A DNA stretch of 64,000 nucleotides from Patescibacteria group bacterium (GTDB lineage Bacteria; Patescibacteriota; Patescibacteriia; Buchananbacterales; UBA6539): positions 80,789-144,788 of the forward strand of contig JAVEXP010000002.1 in the NCBI GenBank assembly GCA_034003985.1. The letters are read 5' to 3'. A model generated the notes under the pieces. The model saw only the letters and a program-made list of their open reading frames with translations. It was not told the origin of the DNA and ran no database searches. Shown here piece by piece: positions 8,693 to 17,562 of this stretch. Every line of letters begins with the position of its first letter. Position 1 is the first letter of the stretch. Position numbers and translations under genes: made by a program.

Positions 8693-9523
8693 ATGTCAAC
8701 CGATAATTTTTTTAATCAATTGGATAACCCTTCCAAGGCCCAGCCGATTAATCAAAACCAAAAAACCGAGCGCTGGTATTTTGGATTTTTGACCAAGACT
8801 AAGCGCTTTTGGCTTGTGACCGTTGGAATCTTTATTTTAGTGCTCGGTCTTTTAGGTTTGGTGATTATGGCCAAGGCCGGTATTGTCTATTTTCCCGGCG
8901 TATCGGAGCTGATATATCACCAGCCGCAGCCCACTAGATTGATTGTTGATTCGGTTCAAGACCAACTCTCCAGTTCGCAGCCCTTTACCGTTTCTTTCGA
9001 CGAGCAAGCCGGGGTTATTAGTTTGAATATTACCGAGGAAAATTTGACCGGTTATTTAAGGCGTAATCTCGCCCAGTCCGCCAATGCCGCTTTTGGCTCG
9101 CAGTCGCAAATTATATTTAGCGACGGTCGATTTGAATTTTTTGGCCCGATGCTGCGGCCGGTAAAAACCACTTTGACTCTGGAAGCCAGACTATTTACTT
9201 CAAATGGGCTACTGGACTATCAAATTACCAGGTTAAGGTTCGGTGATTTGGATTTGCCCCCGGCTTTATCCGACTGGCTGATTAAAGCATATTTTTCTAA
9301 TCGGGCTAAGGCTGATAATCCATTCGCCAGTCTGTTAGCTAATTTCAAAAACCTTTCAGCCGATACCGGTAAACCTAATATCAGACTGGAACGGTTCAGT
9401 TTGACTGACGGCCAGCTCAACCTGGCAATTTATTTGAATTTGGAAGAAATCAAGGCCGCGATGGAAAAAATTGGCCCCCTTATTGATCAGCGCCTTGATG
9501 AACAGTTAAATCGCAACAATTAA
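8693..9523 (+). CDS. Hypothetical protein with one N-terminal TM anchor
   Basis: 276-aa ORF, single TM (FWLVTVGIFILVLGLLGLVIMA), rest predicted extracytoplasmic; in the pilin gene neighbourhood. Confidence 0.5.
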   Translation: MSTDNFFNQLDNPSKAQPINQNQKTERWYFGFLTKTKRFWLVTVGIFILVLGLLGLVIMAKAGIVYFPGVSELIYHQPQPTRLIVDSVQDQLSSSQPFTVSFDEQAGVISLNITEENLTGYLRRNLAQSANAAFGSQSQIIFSDGRFEFFGPMLRPVKTTLTLEARLFTSNGLLDYQITRLRFGDLDLPPALSDWLIKAYFSNRAKADNPFASLLANFKNLSADTGKPNIRLERFSLTDGQLNLAIYLNLEEIKAAMEKIGPLIDQRLDEQLNRNN

Positions 9524-9534
9524 GCTGACTTATT

Positions 9535-10299
9535 ATGAAAATAATTAATCGCTCCATTCCCATTGTTTGTAGTCTGGCAATCTTGTTGCTGTCGGAGTTG
9601 GTTTTGAGCCGGGCTGATTTGCTTTGGCCATTATTTTCTTTGGCTCCGCTTTGTTTGATTGCGGCGATTTGGCAGCTGACCGGCCGGAATTTAAAATCAA
9701 AAAAATTTTGGCGCTTGTTAATAACACCATTATTGTTTTTGGTTAGTCAGTTGGGTTTTCTTAGTTTTTTGGAGGGGGCGATTTTGCGACAGCTATTGGT
9801 AATTTTTTCGTCTTTGGTAATCTGGATTTTTTTGCAGGTTATCTTTTTGCGTTTTCATTCCCGATTGAAATACCAACTTCACTCGTTGGAGAGTATCGCC
9901 ACCCACATTGATTTACTGACAATCTTTTTTGGTTGTGCAACATTGTTCAGTCTGATGTTATTTTTGGGTGTAAAATTGACTTTGTGTCTGTTAATTTTTG
10001 CCTTTATCACTTTCTTGCTTAGTTATCAAATGATTTGGGTCGGCGAGAAATCCTTGGCAGATGCCTGGCTTTATGTTATGGTAATTACGCTCATTAGCCT
10101 GGAAGTGTTTTACGCTGTTTCTTTTTTGCCAACCAGCGTTTTGGTCAACAGTCTGATCGTTACACTTGCTTATTATTTAATGGGTGGCCTGACCCGTAAT
10201 TGGTTGTTGGATATCAGGGAGGTTAATGTCGCCAAGCGTTACTTGATTATCAGTGGCATCTTGTTGCTTGTTGTTTTCCTGACGGCTAAATGGTTTTAA
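9535..10299 (+). CDS. Polytopic integral membrane protein, unknown function
   Basis: 254-aa ORF, >6 hydrophobic helices. Confidence 0.55.
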   Translation: MKIINRSIPIVCSLAILLLSELVLSRADLLWPLFSLAPLCLIAAIWQLTGRNLKSKKFWRLLITPLLFLVSQLGFLSFLEGAILRQLLVIFSSLVIWIFLQVIFLRFHSRLKYQLHSLESIATHIDLLTIFFGCATLFSLMLFLGVKLTLCLLIFAFITFLLSYQMIWVGEKSLADAWLYVMVITLISLEVFYAVSFLPTSVLVNSLIVTLAYYLMGGLTRNWLLDIREVNVAKRYLIISGILLLVVFLTAKWF

Positions 10300-10300
10300 C

Positions 10301-11458
10301 ATGAAAATTTTTCGTAAAAAATCTAATCAATTTGTTTCGCAGGTGGTAATTCTGGCGATGGTTTTTGGTTTTGCCGCCGGCGTGGTTGGCCAACTGGTGG
10401 CTGATACTTATCTTGATCCGTATGCTGAATATGCCGATAGTTACATTGCGGCCAATACTAATATCGCTCCGATCATCCCGGAACTCAGCCGGCTTAAAAG
10501 ATTTTTGGGGATTGAACAAGATTTTGCCGTTGACAAGGCTGTCCAAAAAACTCAACTTTCTTTAGCCGGTATCTATTTGGAAAAAACGGCGAATAATACT
10601 ATTAGTCAAGCTTATCTACCTTCTGATTTGCTGGCCAATGCTTTTGTTTTGACCAGTGACGGCTGGCTGGTTACCGATAGCAAGATTTTTTCCCGGTATC
10701 AAGTCAATCAGTTGGCGGTTGCTTACCAAAATAAGATTTACCAAATTGAAAAAGATATTACCGACGATGTCAGTGGCATTACTTTTGTTAAAATTTCTGC
10801 CAGCAATTTGCCGGTGATGGTTTTGGGGGATAGCGACGAAATGATCCGCGGACAATTGGCAGTAGTCTTAAATGCTTTGGGCCAGGTTGAAGTTTTGAAT
10901 CTCAAAAGCAATACTTATTATGATTTAACTTCGCCGCAGGATTTAATTCAGAGTTCGGAAGAATATCATAATTTGTTTTTGTTTAACACTCATCTTGATC
11001 AGTCGTTTGTCGGCAGTCCGGTCGTTAATCTCGCTGGTGAGGTGGTTGGCGTTATAAATTATGTTGATTTAAATGACAATTTGATCACCGCGGTGCCGCT
11101 CAATCAGTTTCGGCCGGTGGCACTTGATGTCTTGCGCAGCAATGTGGTCAAGCGCCCTTATTTGGGTGTTGAATATTTGGATTTATCCCAAACTATTGGT
11201 TTGAGTGATTCGGTTAGCCAGGGTTTGGATCGGGGAGCGTTGGTCTTTCAACAGCCAACCAAATCCAGCCCGGCGGCTGAGGCCGGTGTAAAATTAAACG
11301 ATATTATTTTAAGTGTCGAAGGGCAGTTGGTTGGAAAGGATAGCAGTTTAACCGAATTGATTCAACAGTATCAGCCTGCCGATCAAATTATTTTGGAAGT
11401 TCTGCGTGACGGTCAAGTAATCAGTTTCGATGTCACTTTGTCACTTTTGACTCAGTAG
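10301..11458 (+). CDS. HtrA/DegP-like trypsin-fold protein with C-terminal PDZ domain (catalytic motifs apparently degenerate)
   Basis: N-terminal TM, trypsin-like core with VGSPVVNLAGEVVGVINYV in place of GNSGGPLVN and no obvious catalytic His; PDZ-like C-terminus (GVKLNDIILSVEGQLV...ILEVLRDGQVISFDVTL). Confidence 0.6.
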   Translation: MKIFRKKSNQFVSQVVILAMVFGFAAGVVGQLVADTYLDPYAEYADSYIAANTNIAPIIPELSRLKRFLGIEQDFAVDKAVQKTQLSLAGIYLEKTANNTISQAYLPSDLLANAFVLTSDGWLVTDSKIFSRYQVNQLAVAYQNKIYQIEKDITDDVSGITFVKISASNLPVMVLGDSDEMIRGQLAVVLNALGQVEVLNLKSNTYYDLTSPQDLIQSSEEYHNLFLFNTHLDQSFVGSPVVNLAGEVVGVINYVDLNDNLITAVPLNQFRPVALDVLRSNVVKRPYLGVEYLDLSQTIGLSDSVSQGLDRGALVFQQPTKSSPAAEAGVKLNDIILSVEGQLVGKDSSLTELIQQYQPADQIILEVLRDGQVISFDVTLSLLTQ

Positions 11459-11467
11459 TTTTGCAAC

Positions 11468-11501
11468 AAAAAATGCGATGTTAGGGTAATCGCATTTTTT
11501 T
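11468..11501. terminator. Bidirectional rho-independent terminator between convergent genes
   Basis: Hairpin ATGCGAT-gttagggta-ATCGCAT flanked by A-run upstream and T-run downstream. Confidence 0.6.
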
Positions 11502-11509
11502 AAATCAAT

Positions 11510-11797
11510 CTATTCTTTGATCAAATCCTTCTTAGTTAAATCGGGGTGAGGGGAATAGAGTTTATTTTTAATTTTCCACTTATCCACATATTTCCCAATC
11601 CCTTTTTGAGATAGCTTATTTTTGATCGTCGTTTTGCCTTGCGACCATTCCAGCAGGCTGACGAAATTGATTTTATACCGCCCTTGGACTACGATGTATT
11701 TTAATAGCCCGTCTTTAATGGCGCGCCTGATGGTTTTTTGTTCCACGCCAAATAGTCTGGCGGCCTCGGAAACTGATAACCTGATGACATTTGACAT
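11510..11797 (-). CDS. Excisionase/MerR-family helix-turn-helix DNA-binding protein
   Basis: 95 aa; HTH LSVSEAARLFGVEQKTIRRAIKDGLLKYIVVQGRYKI resembles excisionase-family HTH_17 domains; basic C-terminus. Confidence 0.65.
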   Translation of the reverse strand: MSNVIRLSVSEAARLFGVEQKTIRRAIKDGLLKYIVVQGRYKINFVSLLEWSQGKTTIKNKLSQKGIGKYVDKWKIKNKLYSPHPDLTKKDLIKE

Positions 11798-11814
11798 ATT
11801 GTTTGGTTTAGAGA

Positions 11815-11842
11815 TTTTTGTCTAGACTAGTCTAGACAAAAA
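11815..11842. promoter_or_regulatory. Perfect 28-bp palindrome (putative operator) 18 bp upstream of the minus-strand HTH gene
   Basis: TTTTTGTCTAGACT|AGTCTAGACAAAAA is an exact inverted repeat (14+14); lies in the divergent intergenic region. Confidence 0.6.
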
Positions 11843-11924
11843 TGATAATTATTGACTTAAGTATATTATAATTTTTTCAGTTTGGCAATATTATTAGGCC
11901 CTTAATTGTATTGCTAAACCTACT

Positions 11925-11953
11925 TTGACTTTATTTTAAAAAATAGTTATAGT
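11925..11953 (+). promoter_or_regulatory. Sigma-70-like promoter upstream of the ECF sigma gene
   Basis: TTGACT - 17 bp - TATAGT, ~55 bp upstream of ATG 12007. Confidence 0.4.
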
Positions 11954-12006
11954 ATACTCTATTACTGTAACAAATTGACCCAAATCTCGTCTTAATTAGT
12001 GTCTTA

Positions 12007-12573
12007 ATGAATTCTTCAAAATTTCAGGAAAAACTGCTATTATTACGGCTGAAGAAAAAGGATCCGGAAGCTTTCTCTAAAATATATGATCTGTATGTTA
12101 CGCCAATCTACAGATTTATTTATTTTAAAGTGGCTAGCCGGCAGGATGCCGAAGACCTAACTTCCGAATTGTTTTTAAAGATTTGGCAGTATGCTACTGA
12201 AAGTGATGAAGAAATTGAAAACTTAAGGGCCCTGTTATATCGTTCGGCCAGAAATTTGGTGATTGATTTTTATCGTCGGAATGCCCGGCGGGATCTGACT
12301 CGGGACGAAGAGGTTTTGAACAATGTCCAGGATGAGCGGCAGCAAAGCTTGCTGGCCAGAATTGACACCGAACTTGGCATGCGTAGCATCGAAAAAGTTT
12401 TGCGCCAGTTAAAGGATGAATATCGTGAAGTAATTTTGTTGCGCTATGTCGAAGAACTGTCGATTGGTGAAATCGCCGACATCCTTGGCAAGTCCCGGGG
12501 ATCAGTCAGGGTTTTGCTCCATCGTGCCCTTAAGGTTTGCAAAGATTTGATAGATAATAAAAAGGATGAATAA
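12007..12573 (+). CDS. ECF-type RNA polymerase sigma-70 family factor
   Basis: 188 aa; region-2-like FSKIYDLYVTPIYRFIYFKV...DLTSELFLKIW and region-4 HTH LSIGEIADILGKSRGSVRVLLHRAL. Confidence 0.8.
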   Translation: MNSSKFQEKLLLLRLKKKDPEAFSKIYDLYVTPIYRFIYFKVASRQDAEDLTSELFLKIWQYATESDEEIENLRALLYRSARNLVIDFYRRNARRDLTRDEEVLNNVQDERQQSLLARIDTELGMRSIEKVLRQLKDEYREVILLRYVEELSIGEIADILGKSRGSVRVLLHRALKVCKDLIDNKKDE

Positions 12574-13474
12574 TATCATTTCCGAATTCAAAAATTTAAA
12601 GGACGAAGTCTCTCCTCGTTCCGAATGGGTTGAACTCAACCGGAATTTTTTGTTGCAGCAAATTAGCAGCAGCCAACCAACCAGAACCCGAGTTTCGTTG
12701 GGAGACTACCTTGGTTTGTTTACCGCCGCTTTTCGTCAGCATCTACTTGAACCAGCCGTCGTGATGATTTTGATTTTGGTTTTTTCGCTTTCTAGCAGTC
12801 TGACCATTAACGCCGCTTTTTACAGCTTGCCCGGCGACACTTTGTATCCCGTCAAATTGGCTTTGGAAAAAACCCATGTCAGTTTGACTCCCGACGAACA
12901 AAAGAAAGTAGAGTTAAAGATTGAATTTGCCGAAAAGCGGATTGCCGAATTCCATAAGATTGTGGCCCAACCCGATGCCAATCCGCAAGAGAAGCAGAAG
13001 AAAATTGAAACCGTTGTTAAAGAATTCAAGAATAATGTGGTGGCTGTCAGTAATCATTTGAATAAAATCAGCCAAGATGAAATCAGTCTAGATCAGGCCG
13101 CTAAAGTCAGGATGGCGGTAGCGGTTAGTGAAAAGACCGAAGAGCTGGCTAAAAATTTGGATCAAAATGCCGCCGATCTGTCTGATGCTGATAAGAAACA
13201 GTTTGAGGATGCCGTGGCCGAGGTTGTCGCTTCCGCCCGCCAGTTGGCTGAAAATATTGAAGCGCAAGCGCTGCAGTCGGAGGATCAGACCGGCAGTAAC
13301 GAAACCAAATCGGTTGATCAGCCTGGCATCGTCGAAGGTGTAGACAATCAGACCGATGTAAGCATCGGACAAAACAATTCTGATGATCAGGACAATTCCG
13401 CTGCAACGACTGATACCGAGTCAGTTTCTGATTCGGGTTCGGCAGAAGTTGATGAAACAGTGGAAACAGAATAA
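12566..13474 (+). CDS. Membrane-anchored putative anti-sigma factor (DUF5667-like) with acidic low-complexity C-terminal tail
   Basis: Overlaps the sigma gene stop by 8 nt; single TM (AVVMILILVFSLSSSLTINAAF) followed by LPGDTLYPVKLALE... and coiled-coil region; D/E/S/T-rich tail. Confidence 0.55.
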   Translation: MNNIISEFKNLKDEVSPRSEWVELNRNFLLQQISSSQPTRTRVSLGDYLGLFTAAFRQHLLEPAVVMILILVFSLSSSLTINAAFYSLPGDTLYPVKLALEKTHVSLTPDEQKKVELKIEFAEKRIAEFHKIVAQPDANPQEKQKKIETVVKEFKNNVVAVSNHLNKISQDEISLDQAAKVRMAVAVSEKTEELAKNLDQNAADLSDADKKQFEDAVAEVVASARQLAENIEAQALQSEDQTGSNETKSVDQPGIVEGVDNQTDVSIGQNNSDDQDNSAATTDTESVSDSGSAEVDETVETE

Positions 13475-13512
13475 TTATTTTAGTAAGCAATCCTAACTTT
13501 AAGTTAGGGGCT

Positions 13513-13741
13513 TAAAATAAAAGTTCATTGATACTTTTTGGACCAATTAGGGTTTAGTTTCCCTTGATGACCTAAGGCAAAGGTCGATCCAATGACTTGG
13601 AGTCTTTCGCCTGTCAAGGAATTAGAAGCTAAACGGCTTTGTGCCCGCAGGCGATGTTGTTAGGTTCGCCTAGGCGTAACAAAATCGCTGTCAGCCTAAC
13701 CGGAAAGCTTTGATGAACAAAATTAATGAAAGGAAATAAAC
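13513..13741 (+). promoter_or_regulatory. Long, relatively GC-rich, stem-loop-rich 5' leader of the giant surface-protein gene
   Basis: 267-bp non-coding gap with several hairpins read by eye (CCAAtgacTTGG; CGCCTG...CAGGCG enclosing AAGCtaaacgGCTT; GTTAGG...CCTAAC enclosing GCCTAGGC); strong RBS AAAGGAAAT 7 nt before ATG 13742. Confidence 0.35.
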
Positions 13742-16700
13742 ATGACTAAAAGATTACTAACCTACGCTGTTGTTATTTCAACCGTCGTTTGGTCAGTAGG
13801 CTTGCTCGCTATGCCTTTTTCTGTGGGAGCAGCCGTTTCCGGCGATCTAGTTAAGAAAGCCGGCAGTCCAGCCGTTTTTTACCTTGGTGCTGATAGCAAG
13901 CTGCACACTTTTACCAGTTCAGCTGACTATTTCACTTGGTATAGTGATTTCTCGGGTGTCGTCACCATTTCTGACACCGAGTTTTCCGGCTACCAGTTAG
14001 GAAGCAATGTCTTCCCAAAACCTGGCGTCAAATTAGTCCAGGTTGTTGATGGTGAAACTCCTTGGAACATTTTCAGTCCAACGGTTTACGCCATTGCTGG
14101 TAATGGTACTGCTCGACCAATCGGTAGTGCTGAAGCAGCTGTCGAATTATACGGTGCCAATTGGGAATCAATGATTATCCCGGTTGTTACCAGCGTATTC
14201 AGCCAATACAAAGCCGGCGAAACCATTAATTCAGCTTCCGATTTTGACAAAGAAGCTGAAATGGAAGATGCCGCTACCATTAATGATGATTTGAACTTGA
14301 CCCTTGGCGGTGGATCCGGTGTATCAACCGGTACCAGCTTAACCGTCGCCTTGGCTTCTGATACCCCAGCCAGCGGTCTTTTACTTGGTAACACGATTAA
14401 TAATCGGATGACCAAGGTTAATTTGACTGCTTCCGCTGATGGTGACATTGTCATTGATCAGTTGGTTGTTAAAAGAGGTGGCACCGTCGCTTCCGATGGT
14501 CCTTTCTCTTCAATCGCTTTGATTGATGCTGGCACCAACACCAGAATTGGCAACACTAAAACCTTAAATTCCGAACACAAGGCTGTCTTCAATCAAGACA
14601 TTACTATTCCAGCCGGTACCACCAAAACCATTTACTTGGCTGGTAACTTGGGCGCCACCGCTGCTTACGCCGGTGAAATCCCAAGCTTGGACTTGGATTC
14701 AGTTACCTTGTCGGGCAGTGCCGCGGTTATTGGCAGCTTGCCAATCGTTGGTCACTACCAGAATATCAATGGAACCATTACGGTCGGTACTTTGACCGTC
14801 CACAAGGGTTCCAATCAGCCTGATGCTTCAACCCAGAAGATCGGCGTTACCAACTACATCGTTTCCGGCGTCAAATTATCCGCCAACTCCACTGAAGATT
14901 TCAAAGTGACTCAAATCACTTGGGATGAAGGTGGTACTGCCGGTGATTCCGATGTCGCCAACTTAGATTTGTTGGTCGACGATGCTGTAGTCGCGACCGT
15001 AGCCCAGCCCAGCGATGGTAAGGTTACTTTCAACCTATCAGCCAACCCGATTGTCATTCAAAAAGGCAGAAGCGTTCAAGTTGACTTGCAGTTAGACATC
15101 CTTGATGGTTCAGACCGGACCATCCGCTTCGACATTGAAGACGAATCAGACATCTATGCTCGTGGTGAATTATATGGTGCGGAAGTCAAGGTTGCTGCCA
15201 GCTCCGACGCCGAAGTTGTTGCTGACGCCACCCCATTCTACACTGCCAAAATAACCACCATTGATCGTGGTGCCTTGCGAATTAGCACCGCTACTTTGTC
15301 TGCCACCAATATTCCTGAGGATGCTACTCAGATTTTATTGGGTAAATTCGAATTCGAAGCCAAGGGTGAACCAGTTGAAATCACTTCATTGCCAATCGCG
15401 TTTACCGTTACCACTTCAACCGGTGACTTATCAACCGATAGTGCTGTTGATATTACCGCGGTAACTGTTTATGACGAAAATGGCAAAGTTGTCGCTGGTC
15501 CAATTGACCCGGTAAGCAAAGTTTCTGCTTATGGTGGTAACAATGCTGTTGAGTTATTGGTTGCTACCACTACTGATTCAATCACTGTCCCAGCTGGTAA
15601 GCACATCTATTCCGTTAAAGCCGACATCGATTCTGATTTCGGTACTAACGATACGATTGTTGTCAGAATCAACCCCGGTCAGGTTACGGCTAAGGGTGAA
15701 AGTACTGGTTTGTCAGTAAGTCCAACCCCAAGTACCGACCAGAGTTCAGCGGTAATGACAGTTCAGTCAGCCGCTTTGTCAATCTCAATTTCCTCCACCC
15801 CGGTTGCTCAGAATGTGGTTGCCGGTTCCAAAGACTTCGTTTTTGCTAATGTTGTCCTAGGTGCCCAATCATCCGGTGAGGACATTAAGGTTACCAAGAT
15901 CAAGGTTCAAGTTGACGCGGTTGCCAGCGCCAGTCCATCAGAAGTTTCCAACTGGAGCATTTTTGACGGTTCAACCGAACTGTCAGTCACCAATGATCCA
16001 GATTCCGATACTTCCACCAAGACTACCGCTGCTTCCGATGCCACTTCAACCTTCACCTTCACCACTCCTTTAGTTATTCCTAAGGGAACTTCCAAGACCT
16101 TGACCATCAAGGGTGATGTCAGCAGTTCTGCTACCAACAACGGTACCATCCGCGTTGGTATTGAAGACCAGACTTCAGAAACCATTACCGCCAAAGGTAA
16201 GGATACTGATTTGGATGCCGCTTTGACTGTTTCCGAAAGTGCCGGTCAAACCATGACTATCAAGTCAACTGGTGGTTTGACTATCACTCGTGACAGCAGC
16301 GCGCCCAAAGCTGGTTTGTTGCCTGCTAACTCACAAGGTTTGACTGTTGGCGTTTTCAGCGCTTCCGCTACTAACGAAGATGTTAATATCGAGAAGTTGT
16401 ACTTAACCGCCGTTCAAGCCAACGGTGGTGGTCTAGACCAGATTAACAAGTTGTATCTCTACAACGGCAGCACTTTGCTGGCCGAAGTTGAGCCAACTAG
16501 TACCGACGGTGTTGACCGAACAGTTTTGTTCGATGTCACCAACAACCCGATTGTCGTCGCTAAAGACAGCAGCACCAAGTTGACCCTAAAGGCCGACACT
16601 GCCGCTGCCGACTATGAACGGGCCTTGGGTACTGGTTCATCCGGTGAAGGTCTATGGTTAAAGATTGCCGCCACTAGCGATATTACGGCCAAGGGCGCTC

Positions 16701-17440
16701 AATCCGGCACCACCATCACCAGCAAAGACATTACTAATGCTTCGACTACCGCTCAATATGTTTTCCGCAGCGTTCCAACCGTTACGCCAAACGAGAATTT
16801 GGCCAGCCCGGTTAACGGCGGAACTTTGAGCACCAAGACCAATGAACCGGTCTACAAGTTCAGCGTTACTGCCAGTTCTGCTGGTCCAGTCGCCTTGTAT
16901 CGCGTTCAATTCTTGGTTACCACTTCAACTGCTACCACCACCAACTACAAGTTGACTGATGGTACAGAAGATGTCGCCGCTACCTCCACCGGTATCATTT
17001 TGACCACCGGCACTGGTAATGGCAGCCAGATCGTTGAATTTTTGATGACTTCCGACGGTCTTGCTCCGGCATCAGGTGGTACTAATGTCCAGCCTTATGT
17101 CATTGCTACTGGCCAGACCAGGACTTTCGTTGTTCGAGCCGACTTAGAATGTAATTCTTTGAACTGTGCTGCTTCCAGCGGTGCTACCGGCGGTTCAATC
17201 TCCTGGCAGATGCTGGGTGACACCGCTTTGCCAAGCACCATGCCAGCTAGCGCTATGGCTCTTGACGACGAAATGTACGAAAGCAGCTTTATCTGGGGCG
17301 ACTTATGGCGGACTTCCGTTTTGGAAGTTTCCTCCACCACTGCTTCTTCATCAGCACAGTGGTCAAATGGTTACCTCGTTGCCGAAGCTGACGGCGGTAA
17401 GTTAGCCGCTACTTCAACTGCTGTAACTTTCACTAAATAA
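13742..17440 (+). CDS. Large secreted Thr/Ser/Ala/Val/Gly-rich surface protein (S-layer/adhesin-like, predicted beta-rich repeats)
   Basis: 1232-aa ORF; N-terminal signal peptide MTKRLLTYAVVISTVVWSVGLLAMPFSVGA|AVS; extreme Thr/Ser content, no LPXTG or C-terminal TM; GC of the gene above local average; followed by a strong double terminator. Confidence 0.8.
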   Translation: MTKRLLTYAVVISTVVWSVGLLAMPFSVGAAVSGDLVKKAGSPAVFYLGADSKLHTFTSSADYFTWYSDFSGVVTISDTEFSGYQLGSNVFPKPGVKLVQVVDGETPWNIFSPTVYAIAGNGTARPIGSAEAAVELYGANWESMIIPVVTSVFSQYKAGETINSASDFDKEAEMEDAATINDDLNLTLGGGSGVSTGTSLTVALASDTPASGLLLGNTINNRMTKVNLTASADGDIVIDQLVVKRGGTVASDGPFSSIALIDAGTNTRIGNTKTLNSEHKAVFNQDITIPAGTTKTIYLAGNLGATAAYAGEIPSLDLDSVTLSGSAAVIGSLPIVGHYQNINGTITVGTLTVHKGSNQPDASTQKIGVTNYIVSGVKLSANSTEDFKVTQITWDEGGTAGDSDVANLDLLVDDAVVATVAQPSDGKVTFNLSANPIVIQKGRSVQVDLQLDILDGSDRTIRFDIEDESDIYARGELYGAEVKVAASSDAEVVADATPFYTAKITTIDRGALRISTATLSATNIPEDATQILLGKFEFEAKGEPVEITSLPIAFTVTTSTGDLSTDSAVDITAVTVYDENGKVVAGPIDPVSKVSAYGGNNAVELLVATTTDSITVPAGKHIYSVKADIDSDFGTNDTIVVRINPGQVTAKGESTGLSVSPTPSTDQSSAVMTVQSAALSISISSTPVAQNVVAGSKDFVFANVVLGAQSSGEDIKVTKIKVQVDAVASASPSEVSNWSIFDGSTELSVTNDPDSDTSTKTTAASDATSTFTFTTPLVIPKGTSKTLTIKGDVSSSATNNGTIRVGIEDQTSETITAKGKDTDLDAALTVSESAGQTMTIKSTGGLTITRDSSAPKAGLLPANSQGLTVGVFSASATNEDVNIEKLYLTAVQANGGGLDQINKLYLYNGSTLLAEVEPTSTDGVDRTVLFDVTNNPIVVAKDSSTKLTLKADTAAADYERALGTGSSGEGLWLKIAATSDITAKGAQSGTTITSKDITNASTTAQYVFRSVPTVTPNENLASPVNGGTLSTKTNEPVYKFSVTASSAGPVALYRVQFLVTTSTATTTNYKLTDGTEDVAATSTGIILTTGTGNGSQIVEFLMTSDGLAPASGGTNVQPYVIATGQTRTFVVRADLECNSLNCAASSGATGGSISWQMLGDTALPSTMPASAMALDDEMYESSFIWGDLWRTSVLEVSSTTASSSAQWSNGYLVAEADGGKLAATSTAVTFTK

Positions 17441-17463
17441 CCTTTACTGAAAATTACATAGTT

Positions 17464-17542
17464 GGGCTGTTGTAAAAAACAGCCAAAACCTAAAACCCCC
17501 GCCAAGTGGCGGGGGTTTAGGTTGTCAGACTTGGTTTTTTTT
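17464..17542 (+). terminator. Tandem rho-independent terminators after the surface-protein gene
   Basis: Hairpin GGCTGTT-gtaaaaa-AACAGCC, then CCCCCGCC-aagt-GGCGGGGG + TTT, then a second T-run (GGTTTTTTTTG). Confidence 0.65.
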
Positions 17543-17562
17543 GCTAAATTTAATCTAGATTT

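Noticed and set aside
14086-16194. Antisense and alternative-frame ORFs (122 aa, 95 aa, 67-70 aa) inside the 1232-aa surface-protein gene
   Set aside because: Typical shadow ORFs in a GC-elevated, compositionally biased coding region; no independent signals
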